Assembly: GCA_038523235.1 (NCBI GenBank)
Contig: JBCBJQ010000066.1
Span: 1-32,241, forward strand
DNA length: 32,241 nucleotides
Direction: 5' to 3'
DNA from: Cyanobacteria bacterium J06626_4
GTDB lineage: Bacteria; Cyanobacteriota; Cyanobacteriia; Phormidesmidales; Phormidesmidaceae
Of this stretch, positions 15,972-27,634 are shown in pieces. Every line of letters begins with the position of its first letter. The first letter of the stretch is position 1. The position numbers and the translations under genes were made by a program. The notes beneath the pieces are model-generated. The model was given only the letters and a program-made list of their open reading frames with translations, did not search any database and was not told the DNA's origin.

Positions 15972-18248
15972 TCAAATCCGTTCGTGGAAGGTGCGGCTGA
16001 TCACGTCGAGCTGCTGCTCGCGGGTCAGTTTGATAAAGTTCACCGCATAGCCCGACACGCGAATCGTCAACTGCGGGAAGTTTTCTGGATGCTCCATCGC
16101 TTCTAGCAGGGTTTCGCGGTTAAGGGCGTTGATGTTGATGTGGTGACCCGTGTCGTGGAAGTAGGCATCCAGCACGCCCACCAGGTTATCGACCTGCGCA
16201 GGGGCCGTTTTGCCCAACGTGCCCGGCAGAATCGAGAAGGTGTAGGAAATGCCGTCTTGAGCGTGCTCGTAGGGCAGCTTAGCGACGGAGGCACAGGCCG
16301 CGATCGCCCCGTGGGTATCGCGCCCGTGCATCGGGTTCGCGCCCGGTGCAAAGGGTTCACCGGCCTTGCGGCCATCGGGGGTGCTGCCGGTCTTTTTGCC
16401 ATACACCACGTTAGAGGTAATGGTCAAAATCGACTGGGTGGGCACCGCCTGGCGATAGGTGGGGCGCTGGCGAATCAGATTCATAAACTGTTCCATCACG
16501 CCTGCTGTGAGGCTATCGACGCGATCGTCGTTGTTGCCAAAGACGGGGAAGTCGCCTTCGATGTCGTAATCCACCGCGAGGCCGTCCTCATTGCGCAGCA
16601 CCTTGACCTGCCCATATTTGATCGCCGAGAGGGCATCGCCTACGACCGACAGCCCAGCAATGCCGCAGGCCATGGTGCGATACACGTCGCGATCGTGCAG
16701 GGCCATCTCGATCCGCTCATAGCTGTACTTGTCATGCATGTAGTGGATCACGTTCAGCGTGTTGACGTAGGTTTTGGCTAACCAGGCCATCATCTCGCTG
16801 AACTTGGCCATGACTTCGTCATAGTTCAAGATGTCGCCGGTAATCGGGGCGATCGCCGGGCCAACCTGCTTGCCAGATTTTTCATCCTTACCACCGTTGA
16901 TGGCATACAGCAGCGCCTTGGCCAAATTGACCCGAGCACCAAAAAACTGCATCTGCTTACCAATCCGCATGGCCGATACGCAGCAAGCAATGCCGTAGTC
17001 ATCGCCGTAAAGCGGTCGCATCAGGTCGTCATTTTCGTACTGAATGGCGCTGGTATCGATCGAGGTCTTGGCACAAAACCGCTTAAACGGCAGCGGCAAC
17101 TGCTCTGACCACAGCACCGTGAGGTTGGGTTCCGGCGCTGGCCCCAGGTTGTAGAGGGTTTGTAGCACGCGGAAGCTATTCTTGGTGACCAGCGGCCGCC
17201 CATCTTCGCCCACGCCACCGATGCATTCCGTCACCCAAACGGGATCGCCGGAGAATAGCTGGTTGTAGTCGGGGTGACGCAGGAAGCGCACCATCCGCAG
17301 CTTGATCACCAGATCATCAATGAGTTCCTGAGCGGCGGCTTCAGTCAAAGTACCCGCAGCCAGATCGCGCTCAATGTAGATATCGAGGAAGGTGGACACC
17401 CGTCCCAGCGACATGGCTGCGCCGTTTTGCTCTTTAACGGCACCCAGGTAGCCAAAGTAGGTCCACTGCACTGCTTCTTGGGCCGTCATGGCGGGCTGAC
17501 TGATGTCACAGCCGTAGCTCGCCGCCATCGCCTGCAGTTCACCCAGGGCCCGAATTTGCTCGCTGATTTCTTCGCGCTGCTGAATCACCGTTTCAGTAAT
17601 CGCATCGACCTCGAGGGAGGTGAGTTGGTCGCGCTTGTCGGCAATCAGGCGATCGCAGCCATAGAGCGCCACGCGCCGGTAGTCACCAATGATCCGACCG
17701 CGACCGTAGGCATCGGGCAGGCCGGTGATAATACCCGAGTGCCGCGCCAGACGCATCTCCTGGGTATAGGCATCAAACACGCCGTCATTGTGGGTCTTGC
17801 GATACTTGGCGAAAATTTCTTGGGTACCCGCATCCAGCTGATAGTCGTAGGCTTCTAACGACTTTTGCACCACCCGCACGCCGCCATTGGGCATGATCGC
17901 TCGCTTCAGCGGCTGATCAGTCTGCAGGCCGACGATTTTTTCCAGGGACTGGTCGATGTAGCCCGGCGCGTGGGCGGTGATGCTCGAAGGCACTTTGGTA
18001 TCGACATCGAGAATGCCGTGGGCTCGCTCTTGCTTCATCAGGTCGCTGACCTGCTGCCAGAGGGCCTGAGTGCGATCGGTGGCGGGGGCCAAAAACGTCG
18101 CGTCGTCTACATACGGTGCGTAGTTGCGTTGAATAAAGTCGCGGACGTCGATGGTGTTAGTCCACTCGCCGGACGTAAAGCCCTGCCAGGGATCGATGCG
18201 GTTCGGAGCGGCAGTCGAAACAGTGTTGCGAATTGGCGTGGAAACCAT
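15972..18248 (-). CDS. pflB: Formate C-acetyltransferase (pyruvate formate-lyase)
   Basis: YGIACCVS active-site Cys pair, glycyl-radical motif [12 protein letters not shown] 18248 with GGAGG RBS (758 aa). Confidence 0.97.
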   Translation of the reverse strand: MVSTPIRNTVSTAAPNRIDPWQGFTSGEWTNTIDVRDFIQRNYAPYVDDATFLAPATDRTQALWQQVSDLMKQERAHGILDVDTKVPSSITAHAPGYIDQSLEKIVGLQTDQPLKRAIMPNGGVRVVQKSLEAYDYQLDAGTQEIFAKYRKTHNDGVFDAYTQEMRLARHSGIITGLPDAYGRGRIIGDYRRVALYGCDRLIADKRDQLTSLEVDAITETVIQQREEISEQIRALGELQAMAASYGCDISQPAMTAQEAVQWTYFGYLGAVKEQNGAAMSLGRVSTFLDIYIERDLAAGTLTEAAAQELIDDLVIKLRMVRFLRHPDYNQLFSGDPVWVTECIGGVGEDGRPLVTKNSFRVLQTLYNLGPAPEPNLTVLWSEQLPLPFKRFCAKTSIDTSAIQYENDDLMRPLYGDDYGIACCVSAMRIGKQMQFFGARVNLAKALLYAINGGKDEKSGKQVGPAIAPITGDILNYDEVMAKFSEMMAWLAKTYVNTLNVIHYMHDKYSYERIEMALHDRDVYRTMACGIAGLSVVGDALSAIKYGQVKVLRNEDGLAVDYDIEGDFPVFGNNDDRVDSLTAGVMEQFMNLIRQRPTYRQAVPTQSILTITSNVVYGKKTGSTPDGRKAGEPFAPGANPMHGRDTHGAIAACASVAKLPYEHAQDGISYTFSILPGTLGKTAPAQVDNLVGVLDAYFHDTGHHININALNRETLLEAMEHPENFPQLTIRVSGYAVNFIKLTREQQLDVISRTFHERI

Positions 18249-18387
18249 AGGATACCTCCTGTAAAAGGTGGGAAGGGCAAGGAGCAGAAAGGGGAGAGGG
18301 GCGAGGCCGGCAGAGGATAAATTTTGAGGTAATTCCAGAACTATTGGTCTGTCGGCCTCGCCCTTACGACTGTGGCAAGGGGGCTGG

Positions 18388-21063
18388 TTAGCCGGTCGGC
18401 TGCAGTTCAGAGGGATCAGAGGGAGTCGGGCTGGCGGTGGGAACCGCCCCGTCAAGATCTGTCCGCAGCGGTGAGTGCCCGAGGTAGGCATCGACGAGCA
18501 GCTGCTTCAAATCGCTAATTAGCGGATAGCGCGGATTCGCCACCGTACACTGGTCGTCAAAAGCCTGATCGGCCACCAAATCGAGCTTGGCGAAGAAGGT
18601 CTCTTCCGGCTCTGTCATGGCGGCGCGAATCGAAGCGGGAATCTCGAGCTGTCGCTTCAAGTCTTCGATCGCGGCAATTAGCGCCGTCACCTTTTCGTCC
18701 TCGGAGATCCCGGCGAGCCCCAAACCTTCGGCAATGCGGGCATAGCGATGCTTGGCGTCGGGATACTTGTACTGCGAGAAAGTCGCCTGCTTAAACGGCG
18801 CGTCGGTGGCGTTATAGCGAATCACGTGGGAAATCATCAGAGCATTGGCCAGCCCGTGGGGAATGTGGAAGGTACCGCCCAACTGGTGCGCCATCGAGTG
18901 GCAGATGCCCAGGAAGCTGTTGGCAAAGGCCATGCCCGCGATCGTCGAAGCGTAATGTACTTTTTCCCGCGCTTCGGGATCATGCGCCCCCTGGTGATAG
19001 GCGCGGGGCAGATATTCAAATAGCAGCTGAATCGCCTCCAGCGCTAGGCCATTGGTGAAATCAGAGGCCATCACTGACACGTAGGCTTCGAGGGCATGGG
19101 TGAGGGCATCGACCCCGCCATAGGCGGTCAGCCGCTTCGGCAAATTCAGCACCAAGGCCGGATCGACGATCGCCATCGTCGGCGTCAGGGCATAGTCCGC
19201 GAGGGGATACTTGATGCCGACTCGATGATCGGTGACCACGGCAAAGGGGGTGACTTCTGAGCCGGTGCCCGACGTGGTCGGCACGGCTACCATAACGGCT
19301 TTTTCACCCAGCGGCGGCAGTTCGTAGACCCGCTTACGGATATCCATAAAGCGCATGGCCAGCCCCTCAAACTCGATTTCGGGGTGCTCATACATGAGCC
19401 ACATCACTTTGGCGGCATCCATCGGCGAGCCGCCCCCCAGCGCAATAATCACATCGGGGTGAAAGGAGTTCATCAGCGCCAAGCCGCGCTGCACGGTATC
19501 TAGGGAGGGATCGGGCTCCACGTCATAAAAGATGTCGTAGGCCAGCCCTACCTGCTTCAGCGCTTCTTCTAACCCAGCGGTCATGCCCAGGTCATAGAGT
19601 GGCTTGTCGGTGACGATAAAGGCCCGCTGCTTACCGGCCAAATCTTGAATGGCCACCGGCAATGCCCCATATTTGAAATACACCTTGGGCGGCACGCGGA
19701 ACCACAGCATATTTTCCCGGCGTTCGGCCACGGTTTTGATGTTGAGCAGATGGTGAGGCTCCACATTTTGACTGATCGAGTTGCCGCCCCAAGTACCACA
19801 GCCGAGGGTCAACGACGGGTCTAACCGGAAGTTGTAGAGATCGCCGATCGCCCCTTGGGAAGACGGGGTGTTGATCAAGACCCGTGCTGTTTCAACACTG
19901 TCTTCAAAGTTGCGAATATGCTCGGCGTTGGCCGGGTCGGTATAGAGCACGGCGGTATGACCGCGCCCGCCAAAATGCACCAGCTGCTTGGCCTTGCTAA
20001 CAGCGTCTTCAAAGTCGCTGGCGCGATACATAGCCAGCACCGGCGACAGCTTTTCGTGGGCGAAGGGCTCCTCGCTGCCGATGTCGGTCACTTCGCCAAT
20101 CAGCACCCGCTTCTGAGCCGGCACCGAAATGTCGGCAATCTCGGCCAATCGGGCCACCGGTTGACCGACGATCTCAGCGTTGAGGCGACCGTTGACAATA
20201 ACCTTGCTACCCAGGGCAGCGCGATCGCCCGCGTCTAGGAAATGAGCCCCCCGCGCAATAAATTCTTGCCGCACGGCGTCATAGATCTCGTCCAGCACAA
20301 TCACCGACTGCTCACTGGCGCAAATCATGCCGTTGTCAAAGGTTTTGCTCAGCAAAATCGACGATACGGCGACCTTGATGTCGGCGGTGTCGTCAATCAG
20401 GGCCGGAGTGTTGCCGGCACCGACCCCTAACGAAGGATGACCGGAAGAATAAGCGGCTCTCACCATGGCGGGGCCACCGGTCGCCAAAATCAAGCTGATA
20501 TCGGGGTGCTGCATCAGCGCCTGCGACAGTTCGACAGAGGGCTCATCAATCCAGCCGATCAGGTCGGGCGGCGCTCCGGCGGCGATCGCGGCCTCTAATA
20601 CGACTTGCGCTGCACGAATCGTACAGCGCTTAGCCCGAGGGTGGGGGGAGAAGATAATGGCGTTGCGGGTTTTGAGGGCAATCAGCGCCTTAAACACCGC
20701 CGTTGAAGTGGGATTGGTCGTCGGTACGATGCCGGCCAAAATACCCACCGGTTCCGCAATCCGCTGAATGCCAAAGGACTGATCGGCTTCAATGACGCCA
20801 CAGGTCTTTTCGTGCTTGTACTTGTTGTAGATGATCTCGGAAGCGAAGTGGTTCTTGATCACCTTGTCTTCCACCACGCCCATGCCGGTTTCTTCAACGG
20901 CCAACTTGGCGAGGGGAATGCGGGCAGCATTGGCTGCTAGTGCGGCTTTCTTGAAAATTTGATCGACAGTACCCTGCGTAAATTGAGCGTATTCGGCTTG
21001 CGCCGCCTTGACCCGTTGAATCAGGTCTTCCAGGGCATGAACGGTCGTAATCGGCATAGTCAA
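18388..21063 (-). CDS. adhE: Bifunctional acetaldehyde-CoA/alcohol dehydrogenase
   Basis: [56 protein letters not shown]; start TTG 21063 or ATG 21057. Confidence 0.97.
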   Translation of the reverse strand: MTMPITTVHALEDLIQRVKAAQAEYAQFTQGTVDQIFKKAALAANAARIPLAKLAVEETGMGVVEDKVIKNHFASEIIYNKYKHEKTCGVIEADQSFGIQRIAEPVGILAGIVPTTNPTSTAVFKALIALKTRNAIIFSPHPRAKRCTIRAAQVVLEAAIAAGAPPDLIGWIDEPSVELSQALMQHPDISLILATGGPAMVRAAYSSGHPSLGVGAGNTPALIDDTADIKVAVSSILLSKTFDNGMICASEQSVIVLDEIYDAVRQEFIARGAHFLDAGDRAALGSKVIVNGRLNAEIVGQPVARLAEIADISVPAQKRVLIGEVTDIGSEEPFAHEKLSPVLAMYRASDFEDAVSKAKQLVHFGGRGHTAVLYTDPANAEHIRNFEDSVETARVLINTPSSQGAIGDLYNFRLDPSLTLGCGTWGGNSISQNVEPHHLLNIKTVAERRENMLWFRVPPKVYFKYGALPVAIQDLAGKQRAFIVTDKPLYDLGMTAGLEEALKQVGLAYDIFYDVEPDPSLDTVQRGLALMNSFHPDVIIALGGGSPMDAAKVMWLMYEHPEIEFEGLAMRFMDIRKRVYELPPLGEKAVMVAVPTTSGTGSEVTPFAVVTDHRVGIKYPLADYALTPTMAIVDPALVLNLPKRLTAYGGVDALTHALEAYVSVMASDFTNGLALEAIQLLFEYLPRAYHQGAHDPEAREKVHYASTIAGMAFANSFLGICHSMAHQLGGTFHIPHGLANALMISHVIRYNATDAPFKQATFSQYKYPDAKHRYARIAEGLGLAGISEDEKVTALIAAIEDLKRQLEIPASIRAAMTEPEETFFAKLDLVADQAFDDQCTVANPRYPLISDLKQLLVDAYLGHSPLRTDLDGAVPTASPTPSDPSELQPTG

Positions 21064-21370
21064 GTTCCTTGAGTTAGCTGGAAGTTATCGACTCATCTAG
21101 ACATCTGTGAACTGCTCTGCAATCAGTTCATCATGATGAGTTTTATCTAGCAGTTGATAAACATGTGTGAAGCGGATTTGATTCAGATTGAGGTGGTTCC
21201 AGAGTCCATCGATAGGACTAGTGATACTGAAGCAAATGTACTCAACCACCTTTGAGTTTATTCTAGTCACCCGATAGAAAAACGTATTTAATTTAAACCT
21301 TAAGAAATCTCTGCGATCGCCTTGTTTTCATCAATAGAAGCTCACCATCAAATTCAGCATATTTCTCTGA

Positions 21371-21420
21371 TTGAGTAAAATCAATTACATTAACTTCCTT
21401 TGTTAAGTAAAATCGATTAC
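21371..21420. promoter_or_regulatory. Tandem CRP-family operator candidates (two NtcA-type boxes, overlapping FNR-like box)
   Basis: GTAAAATCAATTAC (21375-21388) and GTAAAATCGATTAC (21407-21420), both GTA-N8-TAC; TTGAGTAAAATCAA (21371-21384) resembles TTGAT-N4-ATCAA. Confidence 0.5.
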
Positions 21421-21923
21421 TTTCCGGGTCAAGCTGCTGGGTCGTGAAGCTGAAACCCCAGCATGGTAAATGTTGTGCAGTATGATTTTAGACTCTAAAA
21501 GGAGGCTTAAGCTGCTCAGACTGCTCTGACTAGACCAACTGTTTGTCTTGACCTCTAGACCTTTCCTGACGGAGTGATGGTGCGGGTATAGGGGTTGCTT
21601 TATGGATGTCAATGAAGAGGCTTGAAAAACATCTATGGAATTGCCTCTGCTCACGATCAAGTTCGGATCAACAGATGGATTGCTTGAGATTTTAATGGAA
21701 ATTTTTATGAATGATTTGCGTAAATTCTTTCTAGAGAGGCTAATCTTGAAGCGGCAGCGCTTGACTTTGACGGCCATAGTTGATGCTGACTGACTCAAGC
21801 TTGCTGGCCTTGATCAATGCCGAGTTTATGGCAGGACAATGGCATCTTTCACCTAGACGCAATTAGCGGGGTGGAGATGGTTTTTTAAGGCTTTGAAACT
21901 TTAATTTAAGTGACGTAATTTAT

Positions 21924-21939
21924 TGTGACCTCGGTCACT
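21924..21939. promoter_or_regulatory. CRP-like box
   Basis: TGTGACCTCGGTCACT vs TGTGA-N6-TCACA (9/10 consensus positions), about 185 bp upstream of 22124. Confidence 0.45.
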
Positions 21940-22123
21940 GCCGCCGCCTCTTAAACCCGTTTTAACTTCGATCGCCGATCAAGGATGGGGGCGGACCGGC
22001 GGAACACGACTCCGCAGCGCGGCGGCTTCCAGTCAGGTGCCATGGGAGGGTCCACTAGGGGCCGCTAGGGGGCGGTTGGCAGCCGCCGGTGCAGTTCGAT
22101 AGTGGAAATAGCAGGCTTCTATC

Positions 22124-24889
22124 ATGACTCAGTCAAATACCTCAGCCTTTGATCCGGCTTACGACATTTTGCGGTCAGAGCATCAGCCCCTGCGGGCGAT
22201 CTTTAATCCCACGACGGTGGCGGTGGTAGGGGCCAGCGATCGCCCCGGCAGTGTCGGTCGCACTCTGTTGTGGAATCTCATTAGCCATCCCTTTGGCGGC
22301 ACGGTTTTTCCCGTCAACCCGAAGCGAGACAGCGTGTTGGGGATCAAGGCCTATGCCTCGATCAGCGCGGTGCCCGCCCAGATCGAACTGGTGATTATTG
22401 CCACCCCCGCCCCAACAGTGCCAGCGCTGATTCGTGAATGCATTGAGGCCGGGGTCAAGGGGGCGATCGTCGTTTCCGCCGGGTTTAAAGAAATTGGCGC
22501 ACCGGGCATTGCCCTCGAACAAGACATCCTCAATCAGCTGCGACAGAGTTCGTTGCGCCTGATTGGGCCGAACTGCTTGGGAGTGATGAACCCGCGGGTG
22601 GGGCTCAATGCCACCTTTGCGGGCACCGTGGCTCAACCGGGCAACGTGGCGTTTATTAGCCAAAGTGGGGCGATCTGCACCGCCGTGTTGGACTGGAGCA
22701 TTCGCGAAAATGTCGGCTTCAGTGCCTTTGTTTCCGTCGGCTCCATGCTGGATGTGGACTGGGGCGATTTGATCGACTACCTGGGCGATGATCCCCACAC
22801 GCGCAGCATCGTCATCTATATGGAAACGATCGGTGATGCGCGATCGTTTCTCTCCGCCGCGCGGGAAGTAGCCCTGACCAAACCCATCATTGTGATCAAA
22901 GCGGGCCGCACGGAAGCCGCCGCGAAAGCAGCGGCCTCCCACACGGGCTCACTGGCGGGCAGCAATGCGGTGCTTGATGCCGCGTTCCGCCGCTGTGGGG
23001 TGTTGCGGGTCGATACGATCGCCGAGCTGTTTGACGTGGCCGAAGTGCTGGCGAAGCAGGCCCGGTTGCCCCAAGGCCCCAAGCTGACGATCATCACTAA
23101 CGCGGGTGGCCCGGGCGTGCTGACCACCGACGCCCTGATCAGCTCCGGCGGGCAGCTGGCTCCCCTGAGTGACGACACCAAGCACAAGCTCGATCAAATT
23201 CTGCCCACCCACTGGAGCCACGGCAATCCGATCGATATTTTGGGCGATGCCGATTCCGATCGCTATACCAAAACCCTGGATATCGCCGCCCAAGACCCCA
23301 ACGCCGACGGCCTGCTGGTGATTTTGACGCCCCAGGCGATGACCGATCCCACTCGCACGGCGGAGCAGTTGAAAGCTTACGCGCAGGCGATCGATAAGCC
23401 TGTGTTAGCCAGCTGGATGGGCGGTGCCAACGTACTGTCGGGCGAAGCCATTCTCAACCAGGCCAGCATTCCTACCTATCCCTATCCCGATGCGGCGGCG
23501 CACCTGTTCAACTTTATGTGGCGCTATAGCTACAACCTCAGAGCGCTGTACGAAACGCCAACGCTCGCTACCCAGGGCGGCAATGGCTATGATCCCGCTC
23601 AGGTCACTGAGCTGCTGCAGACGATTCAGGCGCAGGGTCGCACCCTCTTGACCGAGCAAGAGTCGAAGGCCGTGCTGGCCGCCTACGGCATTCCGGCCGT
23701 ACAAACCTTAAAGGCCACCAGTGAAGAAGCCGCCGTGGCCCACGCCGAGCAAATGGGCTACCCTGTCGTGCTCAAGCTGCTGTCTGAAACGGTGACCCAT
23801 AAAACCGATGTCGGTGGCGTACAGCTCAACATTGCGAACGCCGCAGCGGTGCGGCAGGCCTACCAGGCGATTGAGACGGCGGTGACCGCCAAAGTGGGGG
23901 CTGCGGCCTTTGATGGCGTCACTGTGCAGCCGATGATCGATCGCGACAACAGCTATGAACTGATTTTGGGCAGCAGTCTCGATGTGCAGTTTGGCCCGGT
24001 GCTGCTGTTTGGCGCCGGGGGACAAATGGTTGAGGTGATGCGCGATAGCGCCATTGCCCTACCGCCCTTGACAACGACGTTGGCCCGGCGACTGATTGAG
24101 CACACGCAGATTTACCAGGCGCTGCAAGGCATTCGCGGGCGTGATGCCATTGACTTAGAGCAGCTCGAACAAATTTTAGTGCGCTTTAGTCAGCTGGTGG
24201 TCGAGCATCCGCAAATTAAGGAAATCGACATTAATCCGCTGTTAGCCTCACCGGCCACTGCGTCCGCGACTCATACACTGCAGGCGCTTGATGCCCGCGT
24301 GGTGCTACACGAGGCCGATGTCGATCTGACCCAGATACCCAAACCGGCGATTCGCCCCTATCCAACCCAGTACGTCAGCGACTGGCATCTGCAGGATGGT
24401 CGTCCGGTGACGATTCGTCCCATCGCTCCGGAAGATGAGCCGCTGATCGTGCAGTTTCACAAAACCCTCTCTGAGGAAAGCATTTTTCTGCGCTACTTCC
24501 ATTTGATGAAATTCAGCCAGCGCACCGCCCACGAACGCCTCACCCGCATTTGCTTTATCGACTACGATCGCCAAATTGCCCTGGTGGTTGATTACGAAAA
24601 TCCGGAAACTGGGGAGCACGAGATTTTAGGCGCAGGCCGTCTGACCAAGCTACACGGTACCAAGGAAGCGGAATTTGCCATGCTGGTGGCCGATTCGGCT
24701 CAGCGGTTGGGGGTGGGGACGGAGCTGCTGCAGCGACTGGTACAAATCGCTCAACAAGAGGGCATCGATCGCATTACGGCAGAGATCTTGTTGCAAAACC
24801 GAGCCATGCAGCATGTCTGTCAGAAGGTTGGCTTTGAGCTGCAGCCCATTGGCGATGGCTTAGTCAAGGCCGAACGGGCGATTCCTTAG
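22124..24889 (+). CDS. Acetate-CoA ligase (ADP-forming) family / GNAT acetyltransferase fusion
   Basis: CoA-binding [38 protein letters not shown]-grasp [16 protein letters not shown]-terminal GNAT with QRLGVG. Confidence 0.92.
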   Translation: MTQSNTSAFDPAYDILRSEHQPLRAIFNPTTVAVVGASDRPGSVGRTLLWNLISHPFGGTVFPVNPKRDSVLGIKAYASISAVPAQIELVIIATPAPTVPALIRECIEAGVKGAIVVSAGFKEIGAPGIALEQDILNQLRQSSLRLIGPNCLGVMNPRVGLNATFAGTVAQPGNVAFISQSGAICTAVLDWSIRENVGFSAFVSVGSMLDVDWGDLIDYLGDDPHTRSIVIYMETIGDARSFLSAAREVALTKPIIVIKAGRTEAAAKAAASHTGSLAGSNAVLDAAFRRCGVLRVDTIAELFDVAEVLAKQARLPQGPKLTIITNAGGPGVLTTDALISSGGQLAPLSDDTKHKLDQILPTHWSHGNPIDILGDADSDRYTKTLDIAAQDPNADGLLVILTPQAMTDPTRTAEQLKAYAQAIDKPVLASWMGGANVLSGEAILNQASIPTYPYPDAAAHLFNFMWRYSYNLRALYETPTLATQGGNGYDPAQVTELLQTIQAQGRTLLTEQESKAVLAAYGIPAVQTLKATSEEAAVAHAEQMGYPVVLKLLSETVTHKTDVGGVQLNIANAAAVRQAYQAIETAVTAKVGAAAFDGVTVQPMIDRDNSYELILGSSLDVQFGPVLLFGAGGQMVEVMRDSAIALPPLTTTLARRLIEHTQIYQALQGIRGRDAIDLEQLEQILVRFSQLVVEHPQIKEIDINPLLASPATASATHTLQALDARVVLHEADVDLTQIPKPAIRPYPTQYVSDWHLQDGRPVTIRPIAPEDEPLIVQFHKTLSEESIFLRYFHLMKFSQRTAHERLTRICFIDYDRQIALVVDYENPETGEHEILGAGRLTKLHGTKEAEFAMLVADSAQRLGVGTELLQRLVQIAQQEGIDRITAEILLQNRAMQHVCQKVGFELQPIGDGLVKAERAIP

Positions 24890-24979
24890 CAGTGACGGTA
24901 ATGGGAGCCGTGGAGCGTAGAAAGTGGTGGGTGGAGTATAAGCTGCCCTGCCGCTGCTTTGCCGCTAGAGGCACCTTCC

Positions 24980-25083
24980 ATAGCAGAGGGTAGAAAGGTG
25001 CCGGATTCAAGGTGCCGGGCAGGGCCTCGCCGCCAGTGAGCCGACGATTAAAAGTGTCCAAATCTGAATGCGGCTCGCGATAG
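24980..25083 (+). repeat. 104-bp dispersed repeat, copy 2
   Basis: Direct-orientation match to 14901-15004. Confidence 0.9.
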
Positions 25084-25702
25084 TTCCCTGATTTGTCTGA
25101 GCTGGGGCGGCGAGTGCGATCGCTGAGCAGCAATATGAGCTGAGCGATCATTCCTGACCTGATATCAGAAAGGTGAACGGGCGCGCCGCCCAGGCAAAAG
25201 ACCTGCAGCGTTTAACCTACCCAATTGGGTCGAGTCGCTTTGGTAACTCGCCATATTTCCGCATACTGAGTGATCGTGGGGATGGTAATTTTCGAATTTG
25301 CTGGCGATCGGGTAAATCGAAAAGTGCTCAAGCCAGCGGCCTATCAAAAGGATGAAAGATAATTCCCTGCTTCTGCGAGTCTTGAGCGAGTAAGACTAGA
25401 GCACTATCTCGATAGTAAAGATTCGAAAAAGAACAGAAGCCGTATAAAACAGTACAGGGATCATCGAAATAACTGCTGCTTTATACCAGCAACCGCTTAA
25501 TTATGTAGCTGTCGGGCTCGCAAAAATATTTTTGACGTCCATGATGTTATGGTAGTTAACCTCAGCTATTCTATGATTTGGCTGGGCGAGTGTGAGGATT
25601 CAGAAAATAGCTAAAGGATGCTTTGATGGCCCTTTCACCTAATCAAGAAACTCAAATTTTCTTGTTTTTGCCTTCAATCAACTTTGATCGATAAGAGGCG
25701 GT

Positions 25703-26380
25703 ATGCTCAACAGCATTGCACCTTCTAGTTTAAAACCTGAGACCTTTGCTCCCCTGCGAATCTTGATTGTGGAAAATGACCCAGTCATGCGTTTAGGGCT
25801 GGAGCAATTTTTAGACAGTTATGAAAGTTATGAGGTGATTGGCCAAGCCGAAGATGGCTATTCGGGGCTGTCGCTGGCGCTGAACCTCAAGCCTGATTTG
25901 GTGGTGATGGATATTGGCCTGCCCCAGCTCGATGGCATTACGGCGACCCAGCAGATCAAACAGAATAGCGAAGAAATTAGCGTGGTGATGCTGACCTCTC
26001 ATACCGCCGATGCCGATATGGTTGCCGCCATGGCTAGCGGGGCCGATGCCTACTGCATTAAGGGGACGAGCCTAGAGCAACTAGAGGTCGCGATCAACTG
26101 TGCTAACAATGGGGCGGCCTACCTCGACCCACAAATTGCCCGGCGAGTGATGGGGCACCTGCAATACACCCCGCCCCCGACGCCGGTCGCTGATTTGTCG
26201 AATCGCGAACTCGATGTGCTGCGGCTGATTGTTGAAGGCAAAAGCAATCCGGCGATCGCGGCGGAACTGTTTCTCAGCATCAGCACGGTGAAAACTCACC
26301 TGCGCAGCATTATGAACAAGCTATCGGTGGATGATCGGGTGCAGACGGCAGTGGCGGCGCTGCGCAGCGGCTTGGTTTAA
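25703..26380 (+). CDS. NarL/FixJ-family response regulator (REC + LuxR HTH)
   Basis: VVMDIGLP phospho-Asp, MLTSH, YCIKG; LSNRELDVLRLIVEGKSN..IA..L.LS..TVKTH. Confidence 0.93.
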   Translation: MLNSIAPSSLKPETFAPLRILIVENDPVMRLGLEQFLDSYESYEVIGQAEDGYSGLSLALNLKPDLVVMDIGLPQLDGITATQQIKQNSEEISVVMLTSHTADADMVAAMASGADAYCIKGTSLEQLEVAINCANNGAAYLDPQIARRVMGHLQYTPPPTPVADLSNRELDVLRLIVEGKSNPAIAAELFLSISTVKTHLRSIMNKLSVDDRVQTAVAALRSGLV

Positions 26381-26744
26381 TCTCAATGCGGCACACTAAT
26401 GTTGCAGTTCGAAGATCTCTTGATGCTGTTCAAGAAGAAGTGTTGTTGTGGCTCAAGCAAAGGTATTGCATGTACCTAAGGTGGTACAACGGGATTCTCG
26501 CAGACGATGAGCCATGGGTAGAGGGCTAGCGATCAACCATCAGCTAAAAGCGGCGATCGCCCTTTGATGTGAGGTGACAATAGAGCGCGCGTGCCGATCT
26601 GGTCAGGTACAGCCTGTGCTCAAGCAATCGCCTCGCTGTAGTCAGAAATTTCCTACAGTTTGCGGTGAGTTTGCGTACACAACTCAAATCGTCAGATAGG
26701 CTGATGAAAAGCCCAGGTGATTTCATCGGTGAGTTCAACAGCGA

Positions 26745-27380
26745 ATGGTGCAAGCAGCTTCAAAATTGATGACATTTCAGGAGTTTTTGGCATGGCAGCC
26801 AGAAACTGGTCGGTTCGAGCTGCACGACGGAGTCATTGTTGAAATGCAGCCAACGGGGCCTCATGTTCGCGAAGCGTCTCCGAAGGAGAAACAAGTTGTG
26901 GGCTTGCTCAACCGCAAGCTGAATGTCCTCATTGACCAAGCAGACCTGGAAGCTTTTATTCCAAACACGGCTCTCATTCGGCCCTCAGGTGCTGAGAGCG
27001 GCTACAAGCCCGATATCCTACTCATTGATCAACCCAGCCTAGCCCAAGAGCCCTTATGGGAACGAGAATCCATCATTACGCTGGGAACTTCCATCAAGCT
27101 GGTGGTCGAAGTCACCTCCACCAACTGGCCTGATGATTACGCCCGCAAGTTTGAGGACTACGAAGCGATGGACATCGCGGAATATTGGATTGTGGATTAC
27201 CAGGGATTAGGTGGGCGACGATATATCGGTAGTCCTAAACAACCGACAGTCACTATCTGCCAACTGGTTAATGGTATTTATCAAACGCAGCTATTTCGCC
27301 AGGGTGAGTCTTTGATTTCGCCCCAGTTTCCCAGCTTAAAACTGACGACAGATCAGCTTTTTGATGCGGGCAGTCCCTGA
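26745..27380 (+). CDS. Uma2 (DUF820) family putative endonuclease carrying an 8-aa insertion
   Basis: ELHDGVIVEM, KPDI, LVVEVTSTNW, K..DY..M.I.EYWIVD. Confidence 0.9.
   Translation: MVQAASKLMTFQEFLAWQPETGRFELHDGVIVEMQPTGPHVREASPKEKQVVGLLNRKLNVLIDQADLEAFIPNTALIRPSGAESGYKPDILLIDQPSLAQEPLWERESIITLGTSIKLVVEVTSTNWPDDYARKFEDYEAMDIAEYWIVDYQGLGGRRYIGSPKQPTVTICQLVNGIYQTQLFRQGESLISPQFPSLKLTTDQLFDAGSP
26866..26889. mobile_element. 24-bp very small dispersed repeat inserted in frame in the Uma2 gene
   Basis: TTCGCGAAGCGTCTCCGAAGGAGA (palindrome TTCGCGAA plus hairpin TCTCC-GAA-GGAGA); removal restores CAT GAA CAA = PTGPHEQV. Confidence 0.7.
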
Positions 27381-27634
27381 GCAATTTCCTAACTAACGCC
27401 AGAGACCCTGGCGGAAAAATTTTCAGCGTATGCTCATAAACCGTTAACCGCACCACCACCTACGCCAGTCAGATTGGCGGGGTCGCTCTGGCTAAACCTG
27501 GGATGAAACGGGTTAGAAAATTTTTGCTGATGGCCCTGGCTGCCGTGGTCGTGGCGATCGCTGTCGGCATTGGGCAAGCCAGGGGCTGAGATAACCTTAA
27601 TCTGAGTTTGGGGTGATGTAATTCGAATCAAGTC

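Noticed and set aside
18249..18491. 81-aa N-terminal extension of PflB in the ORF track
   Set aside because: Overlaps adhE; a strong GGAGG RBS precedes ATG 18248
21403..21798. 131-aa minus-strand ORF in the adhE/ligase intergenic region
   Set aside because: Ser/Lys-rich, AT-rich, no recognisable motif; probably promoter DNA
22175..22942. 255-aa antisense ORF and other long shadow ORFs
   Set aside because: Antisense to well-supported GC-rich genes; no motifs
25442..25455. GTA-N8-TAC upstream of the response regulator
   Set aside because: A six-base match is expected by chance about once per 4 kb; no correctly spaced -10 box or supporting context
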